DNA from: Candidatus Thorarchaeota archaeon
GTDB taxonomy: Archaea; Asgardarchaeota; Thorarchaeia; Thorarchaeales; Thorarchaeaceae
NCBI GenBank assembly: GCA_016839605.1
Contig: JAEOTX010000097.1
Span: forward strand, 1 to 24,194
Direction of reading: 5' to 3'
DNA: 24,194 bases
The position numbers were made by a program, and so were the translations under genes. Shown here piece after piece: positions 18,313 through 24,194 of the stretch. The notes beneath the pieces were generated by a model. It was not told the origin of the DNA. It did no database searches and saw nothing but the letters and a program-made list of their open reading frames with translations. How positions within the stretch are numbered: position 1 is the first letter of the stretch; each line of letters opens with the position of its first letter.

Positions 18313-19617
18313 TTGGTATCATGTGCGAGGGCAGATGAATTGGCTGAATCCAGGTTTTCATTCACACAGCTTGTATCTCTTTCGATAGCTATGAGCCTCT
18401 TCTTCGCTTTCGACCAGGCTATGGGCTTTATAGCTCGTATCGCTTTCCGATTGACTCTGGATGCTGATATGTATGGAGTCTTCGCTTTTCTCATCAATAT
18501 TTTCGTATTCTTTGCTGGCCTTAATGGGTTCAGCATGAATGTCCCGATAATAGCAAGAATCTCTGAGAATCCACAGGATGATACCTTCTATCGCTCGCTT
18601 TCATCCCAAATTCTCTCAGCCTCCATCGTCTTTGGATCTGTACTATCTGTGGTATTCTTTCTTTGGACTCTACCAGTGACCAGCGAGTTGATAGTTGTCA
18701 TATTTCTGGCCGTGATGATTCTTCTGTACTCTACTGCTCAAATCATTCACTGTTTTCCTCGAGGCAGAGAAAGATTCCGCCCCGCAGCGGTTTCACTCTT
18801 GCTAGTTGGGATTTGTCGAATCGTGCTTCTGATACCATTTATTTCAGGCGTATTTACGAATTTGTTCTTCGCAATGTTGCTCTATGTGGGTCCATTTCTG
18901 GGTTGGTGGGCAAGCTACCTATATTTCGAAGGAGTCCCTTCTCTAAGAATTCCCAAACCCAAGTTGCTTCTCTCAGTCTACACTGACTCATTCATTTCGT
19001 ACCTGTATCCTCTGGGTATGCAGATACCGGTTGTTCTTGGAGTTATTTTCCTAACTGGGTTTCATGGATTTCATACTGCCGGCGATTTCGACATCGCGTT
19101 AATCCCCTATTTCGCATTGGCGGCTCTTTTCACTGGAATCTCTTTTGTCACTATAAGTAAGGCAAGAAAGCTACCAAGCTTTCATTCCCTTCTCAAGACA
19201 ATGAAAGTGTCTGCATTTCTTCCCCTGTTTGTTCTCTCAATGGGCTTCATAGTAGCTGCATTCTTCCTGGAATCTGCAGCTGGTCCAATACTCACGTTGC
19301 TTGGCCTTCCTTTTGCAGTGTACTGGCCAGTGGTCCTGCTAGTGGCAATCGGAGTTCCCTTTAGGATAGTCATTTCCGTATTCGTGAGTTACTTCCAAGG
19401 ACATGGTGCGATAAAGCCAGTAGGCGTAATAATCGGAATCTGTTCCATCGGTTCTATCCCTCTTCAGATCCTACTTGCTTACTATCTCTCAATCGAAGGT
19501 GTGATACTATCCATGGTAGTGATCAATGCAGCAATTGTTTTACTTCTGCTGGGATATGGCTATCGCAAGAGTGAGAATTTCCAGGGGTTCAGAGAGGCCA
19601 ATGGTCTAGGCAAATGA
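18313..19617 (+). CDS. Wzx/MOP-superfamily oligosaccharide flippase-like transporter
   Basis: About 12 TM segments. R.TL.ADMYGVFA after TM1, AGDFDIAL in the second half, and a YFQGHG..K motif, consistent with polysaccharide exporters. Located in a glycan locus. The start may be TTG 18340. Confidence 0.8.
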   Translation: MVSCARADELAESRFSFTQLVSLSIAMSLFFAFDQAMGFIARIAFRLTLDADMYGVFAFLINIFVFFAGLNGFSMNVPIIARISENPQDDTFYRSLSSQILSASIVFGSVLSVVFFLWTLPVTSELIVVIFLAVMILLYSTAQIIHCFPRGRERFRPAAVSLLLVGICRIVLLIPFISGVFTNLFFAMLLYVGPFLGWWASYLYFEGVPSLRIPKPKLLLSVYTDSFISYLYPLGMQIPVVLGVIFLTGFHGFHTAGDFDIALIPYFALAALFTGISFVTISKARKLPSFHSLLKTMKVSAFLPLFVLSMGFIVAAFFLESAAGPILTLLGLPFAVYWPVVLLVAIGVPFRIVISVFVSYFQGHGAIKPVGVIIGICSIGSIPLQILLAYYLSIEGVILSMVVINAAIVLLLLGYGYRKSENFQGFREANGLGK

Positions 19618-19701
19618 ATCGAGTAGCTTGGGACGTCCCATATGCAATCGCTCAAACATATCCTTCAAGATGAAGAAATCACTTGACTAAGTAGTTCAAG
19701 C

Positions 19702-20772
19702 TTAAACATGATCACTATCGCAGAGGTCAAGGTCCCACACTCCAAAGTCATGGAGGCGCGGGTCAATCTTATCTTTCTCTGAGAGCGAAAGCAATCGGAA
19801 ACACTGGTTTCTGTTTCGATGTATGAATCCATCGTCAACGAATTGTTTCACAATCCAGTCAGGTTTCTTTCCCCACAACCGAACATAGTCTGCACCTTGG
19901 GACTCAAAATACTCAATGCACTCTTTCACCACTAACCGCAAAGCATCATCATTACCCTCAATAGCATGGAGGTCGACGATAATACCCTCCGTACCTCCAT
20001 CAATAACATGGCTGATGCAAATGGCAAAGCACACAATCCTGTCATTCTTCCATGCTGAGATCGGAATGAATTCATGGGGTGGCCACATGCTCTTGGAGAA
20101 CCGGCGTCTGTAGAACTCTGGAGTTCTGCTCACAGCTGCTGCTCCAGGATTGAGAGAGTCCTTCCAGCACCTCCAGAGCTCTTTGTAGTTCCATGTGCCC
20201 TTGTCTATTACTAAATCCTCAGACTCGACGTTCTTTGGATGTTTCACGAGCTTTCGCAACCACAGGAATACCCCTGCAACTAGTGACCTAATTCGTCCCC
20301 ACTCAAGCCATCTCACTGCTCTGAACGGTCTTATAGGGTAAGCAAGCACCGACATGAGGCCGATGTCAATCCAACCTAGCTTATCTTCAAAACCAGACCA
20401 CGCTGGTCCATACCTGGTTGTCCATCCAATAGCAAGAGTGAACCCGTTTTCCTTGCATTTCTCGTAGAGGCTACTACACAGAAGAGGTCTGATGCCCTGC
20501 TTTCGAAACTCAGGATGTACAATCAGGTCTATAGATTGCGCAGTATCATAGGTTATTCCTTCGAAGATAATCGAACTTCTAACTAATGCATTGAATCCAA
20601 TTATCCTCGACGAGTGGGAGTCAATGACCACTCCAAGCTGGTTTGCAGGGGTTTCTTCATATTTCCAAATGTAGTATTCCTTCATTTCTGGGCTAGATTC
20701 CCGTCCAAGTAGTCTGAGTACATCGTCAAGACTGTTCGTATCCATTGGTTTCAGAACGAACTTCTCTTTCAT
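19702..20772 (-). CDS. GNAT-family N-acyltransferase (tandem GNAT folds)
   Basis: YYIWKYEETP, IIGF, AQSIDLIVHPEFRKQGI (motif A), LGW. Second GNAT-like half: R..EFYRRRF, IVDL, GADYV, DSD. Confidence 0.88.
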   Translation of the reverse strand: MKEKFVLKPMDTNSLDDVLRLLGRESSPEMKEYYIWKYEETPANQLGVVIDSHSSRIIGFNALVRSSIIFEGITYDTAQSIDLIVHPEFRKQGIRPLLCSSLYEKCKENGFTLAIGWTTRYGPAWSGFEDKLGWIDIGLMSVLAYPIRPFRAVRWLEWGRIRSLVAGVFLWLRKLVKHPKNVESEDLVIDKGTWNYKELWRCWKDSLNPGAAAVSRTPEFYRRRFSKSMWPPHEFIPISAWKNDRIVCFAICISHVIDGGTEGIIVDLHAIEGNDDALRLVVKECIEYFESQGADYVRLWGKKPDWIVKQFVDDGFIHRNRNQCFRLLSLSEKDKIDPRLHDFGVWDLDLCDSDHV

Positions 20773-20828
20773 CGGAATCAGCCTAGATTTGTGTTCCCGT
20801 GGATTTCATAGCTTTTGGAATTCCCAAT

Positions 20829-20841
20829 CCTTTAACCTTTT
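20829..20841 (-). promoter_or_regulatory. Putative archaeal BRE/TATA for the GNAT gene
   Basis: Minus strand reads AAAAGGTTAAAGG about 60 nt upstream of ATG 20772. Confidence 0.45.
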
Positions 20842-21034
20842 GCTCCTTCGATTGTGGATGGTCCTTCGATAACGTCTGGAGTGGCTACATATGACCCTGT
20901 CATGTATTTCTAAGTCGCAGATATCGAAGCTCATGATGCCCTTCCAAATAATGAGGTGGTCATCGGTAGGTGTGCGCATCCCAAAATACTCTTCTCTCCA
21001 TATCTTGGCTTTTCCGATAAGTTACTCCCATTCT

Positions 21035-21874
21035 CTACCTCCCAATCCTGTATTGAAGCCAATTTAGAGAAACCCCTTTCGGCCCTGCACCTTTTCTGGG
21101 GATGATGAACGGACTGACTTCTCTGGGAATCCATATATCTTGTGAGCTCGCTCCTGATGCGAAGCCAGCTTCCTGTACAAGAAGAACCTCTCTTTCAGAA
21201 AAGCTCCCTCCGGGGTAGGCGAAGTGTCTTACTTCATGACCGATGAGACTCTCAAGATCTTTCTTACTATCGAAGATTTCTCTTTTACACTCATCATAGG
21301 TTGTTTCACGTAATAACCGATGTGTGACCGAATGAGCGCCGATGGTTATTTTCGGGTGCCTACTGGCCTCTAAGAGCTGTTCAGAAGTAAGCCCCGGCTC
21401 GATAGTGAACCCGGAATTTTTCGCGTCATTTCGATCTTGAGGGAGAATCAATTGCGTGGGTTCGGATTCCGTTTTACCAGGGATGAATATTCTGTGTTGC
21501 CCGGGTTTGTACCAGTACTCGGAGTCGACAACACCACTGGTGACGTAGTTAGCAACTGGAATCCCAGTTTCGTCGACGATTGGAAATGCGTTGCGGTAGA
21601 AGGATTGTAGCCCGTCGTCAAAAGTAATCGCCGCTGTCAAATCAGACGGGAACTCGCGCCTTTCAATCAGATGGACCAGTTCATCAAGGTCGACTAAGCG
21701 GAAGTGCTTATCCAAGAAATGCAGATGGTTTCTGAATTGCTCCCTATCGACGTCATGATACAGCAATATAATCAGATTCGTGCTCTGGCTCTTCAAAGCT
21801 CTGGCAAATAATCTCGCTGGAATCCCGAAGAGGGCGGCGCTTCTCAGAAGCAACTCATAAATTGTTTTCTTCAT
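21035..21874 (-). CDS. Polysaccharide deacetylase (CE4/NodB homology domain)
   Basis: LLYHDV, ITFDDG, IGAHSVTH, EIFDSKKDLE, FAYPGG, IPR. GGAGG SD precedes ATG 21874 (track start 21889). Confidence 0.93.
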   Translation of the reverse strand: MKKTIYELLLRSAALFGIPARLFARALKSQSTNLIILLYHDVDREQFRNHLHFLDKHFRLVDLDELVHLIERREFPSDLTAAITFDDGLQSFYRNAFPIVDETGIPVANYVTSGVVDSEYWYKPGQHRIFIPGKTESEPTQLILPQDRNDAKNSGFTIEPGLTSEQLLEASRHPKITIGAHSVTHRLLRETTYDECKREIFDSKKDLESLIGHEVRHFAYPGGSFSEREVLLVQEAGFASGASSQDIWIPREVSPFIIPRKGAGPKGVSLNWLQYRIGR

Positions 21875-22169
21875 CTCGTTTCCTCCCAACGGTCATCTCT
21901 CTATTATCGACTTCGATATGGCCAATAGCCACCTGCCTATTATATCCTGAAGATACAATGCGTCCAAGTATGATGATTTGTCATCTCGAATTCTTGGTGG
22001 AGAGTAATACTAGATAGTTGAATCTACCGTTTTTCGGGTGATTCATCTCCATGCGACAACTACTTCTGACGATGCTGCCATTCAATTTTAACCATTAGAT
22101 GGTCATACTTGGCCATTGAGTGGCTTAGAGTGCCCGGATGGATTCCATCCTTGACTGGAGACAAAAGAT

Positions 22170-23318
22170 GTGGGCGGCAAAGATTCTGAAGAGCCCGATA
22201 ACGAGTCTGAAGATAAAGGACTCAAACACCAAACCCGCGACGAGCATATCAGTGAAGACTCGAAAACCAATACCGACTCCATGGAAGAGAGCAGCGCTCA
22301 CATAGACACATCAATAACAGATGACATAGATATCCTTGAGGGAGAAGGAGCTTTTCTTGCCGGAAATGCTAGCATGTACTATTTGAGGGGGCTTCATAAT
22401 CACTACCGGAAGAATCTTGAGGATGCCATTGTGTTCTTCACTAAGTGCCTTGACATAGCGGTCGCCTCCGGTCTCCTTGAATACATAGTCAAATCGCAGG
22501 TTCAGCTAGCCTCAGTTCATTTGACACGTTATCAGATTGACAATCTGGATGAAGACTACCTTTTTGCCCGTCGTTATTCAGATAATCTAATTGAGATAGC
22601 TCGGGAACAGGAAATGAATGACCTGATGATTGAAGCTTTATTCCTTCGCGCAGTTCTGCGAAGAATAGCAAGGGATTTAGATGGCGCAAAGGAAGACCTG
22701 AGAGACGCACGCAAGATTGCCAAGAACGAGGGACATGAAAGCATTAGCATTCACATAGAGCAGGAGCTCAAGGAGGTGCAGAGGCAGGCTGCTGCGACCA
22801 GAAGAAGAAAAACGCAGGCCGCTGAGGACGCTGCTTTGATAGCAGAAACCCTTGAGAGGGTCCCATCTGTTTTCACAAGATTCCAAGGACTCGAATTATC
22901 TAGACCCACTCGTCAAATCCCAGTGAAACTGTATCGCCTAGTCATTATGAATCTACCAGCAGGCCTTCCAGTCTATATTTATGATTTCGAAAAATCGGCA
23001 GAAGATAATGACATGCTCGTCTATGGACTGCTCTCAGCTCTGACGACTTTCGCTTCCGAAGCTATTACAGGTGCTGGCCTGATAAGATCTCTAATGCACG
23101 AAGACAGGACAGTGATGATGGAGCACAGAGAGGAATATATGGCGGCACTCATTACTAGTGAGGAAAGTTTCAAAGCACGTCAAAATCTAGCACGTTTTCT
23201 CAGAGAATACCTTCGCTTGTTTTCTGATGACCAAAAATATGGAGCGCTTCAATCGGGAAAGCAAAAGGAGGAGGCAGATGAACTCATGGGGAGAATCTTT
23301 TCCGTTCGTATTGAATGA
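22170..23318 (+). CDS. TPR-like helical repeat protein with C-terminal longin-like domain (Asgard-type)
   Basis: Acidic low-complexity N-terminus. TPR-like helices (YYLRG...AIVFFTKCL; ALFLRA..RR...DLDGAKEDLRDA). C-terminal GLPVY..DF...D.LVYGLLSALTTFASE...IRSL...AALIT...RQNLARFLREY pattern. Confidence 0.75.
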   Translation: MGGKDSEEPDNESEDKGLKHQTRDEHISEDSKTNTDSMEESSAHIDTSITDDIDILEGEGAFLAGNASMYYLRGLHNHYRKNLEDAIVFFTKCLDIAVASGLLEYIVKSQVQLASVHLTRYQIDNLDEDYLFARRYSDNLIEIAREQEMNDLMIEALFLRAVLRRIARDLDGAKEDLRDARKIAKNEGHESISIHIEQELKEVQRQAAATRRRKTQAAEDAALIAETLERVPSVFTRFQGLELSRPTRQIPVKLYRLVIMNLPAGLPVYIYDFEKSAEDNDMLVYGLLSALTTFASEAITGAGLIRSLMHEDRTVMMEHREEYMAALITSEESFKARQNLARFLREYLRLFSDDQKYGALQSGKQKEEADELMGRIFSVRIE

Positions 23319-23400
23319 AAACTCCGGAGTTTGCTGAATGAAACAAGGCCCAGGTATTGGCGACAAATCAAGATTACCGGCCTCAAGCCGCCTTGATTGG

Positions 23401-24194
23401 TCATCCCGATCTAGAAGCAATCTCATCATCAATCAGCTCAATTACGGATGATAGTCGGTCCAAGAAGGACTTCTTTAGGAAGTAAGCCATGTCCTTTGCT
23501 TCACCATCGACGCTGTCGATATTAAACGACAGGCTGTACTTGGAGTGTGCAAAATTCAGTTCGCTCCGAAACGATGATAGAAGTTCATCTTCCAGTTCAG
23601 GAATCCTGTCTGATATCTGTCTCAACCATTCGCTTGCAGCCACAATGTCCTTCCGAAAATCTGGGCGCAATGCCACATCGCCTACTGAGAGGATAGCTTC
23701 AGGACCTTCGGTGTCTTCTAATGCAGTCAAACGTTTTCTTCTTCTTCTTCGCCTAAGCACTACTGCACCTGAACCTACTAGGCCTATTGCGGATATGGCC
23801 CCCATGCCAACTAACAACTGATTCGGGAAGCAGCTGATTCTTAGAGATAGCCCTTTATGGTCTATTCTTGTGATGCCAAACTCGTCTTCAAAGACTTCTA
23901 TCTCGTAAAGCGTATCTCCAATGACTGAAGATGTCACATCGAGCTCCCATCTCTCTCTTTCCTCGACATATTCAGCGTTGTTTCCATTGATGACAACAAT
24001 AGTGGAAGGATTCGTAACAAGAGCCCCATCGGACTGGTATCTCAGATAGAAGTACACCGTTACAACCGCATCAAGCTCGCACTGTAGAGTTGCGGGAGCT
24101 GGCAACTCGATTTCTGGATTGAAAGCAGGAAGACGACCCCAGAGACCAGCACCAGACACAAACACCTGATCCCAAGCGACCTCGCATACAAACA
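23401..24194 (-). CDS. C-terminal part of a type-I membrane / cell-surface protein; 5' end lies beyond the right window edge
   Basis: The frame stays open to the edge (FVCEVAWDQVFVSG...), so the track start at 24165 is internal. Beta-rich Ig-like module, TM LLVGMGAISAIGLVGSGAVVL, RRRRRRKR stop-transfer, and a ~110-aa helical tail. Confidence 0.85.
   Translation of the reverse strand, partial: FVCEVAWDQVFVSGAGLWGRLPAFNPEIELPAPATLQCELDAVVTVYFYLRYQSDGALVTNPSTIVVINGNNAEYVEERERWELDVTSSVIGDTLYEIEVFEDEFGITRIDHKGLSLRISCFPNQLLVGMGAISAIGLVGSGAVVLRRRRRRKRLTALEDTEGPEAILSVGDVALRPDFRKDIVAASEWLRQISDRIPELEDELLSSFRSELNFAHSKYSLSFNIDSVDGEAKDMAYFLKKSFLDRLSSVIELIDDEIASRSG

Noticed and set aside
3472-23821. Remaining short (60-135 aa) ORFs nested in or antisense to the long genes
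   Set aside because: They overlap well-supported CDSs and lack independent evidence.
1-24194. CRISPR arrays, tRNA/rRNA genes, transposases/integrases, defence systems
   Set aside because: None seen by eye: no regularly spaced repeats, intergenic gaps are short, and all long ORFs have other assignments. A covariance-model search was not possible.

Overview
A gene-dense archaeal window, most likely from an Asgard archaeon (Thorarchaeia-like). That assignment is inferred from a TPR plus longin-like protein, DUF2341/Ig-like surface proteins and archaeal BRE/TATA and GAGGTG signals. About 22 kb form a cell-surface glycan locus: a GT2 that is missing from the ORF track because it runs off the left edge, two GT4s, a UDP-sugar dehydrogenase, a Wzx-like flippase and a GT-C-like polytopic membrane protein. 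The locus also has an unusually large tailoring set: an ATP-grasp ligase, a CapK/PaaK-like adenylate-forming ligase, a GNAT, two CE4 deacetylases and an orphan CapA-family metallophosphoesterase. Embedded in it is a ~1500-aa membrane-anchored surface protein with two tandem DNRLRE-like domains and a DUF2341 domain split by an inserted ~430-aa BNR-type propeller. The right end holds the TPR-longin gene and the 3' part of another type-I membrane protein. I saw no rRNA, tRNA, CRISPR array or transposase. All family calls come from reading motifs by eye, not from database searches.
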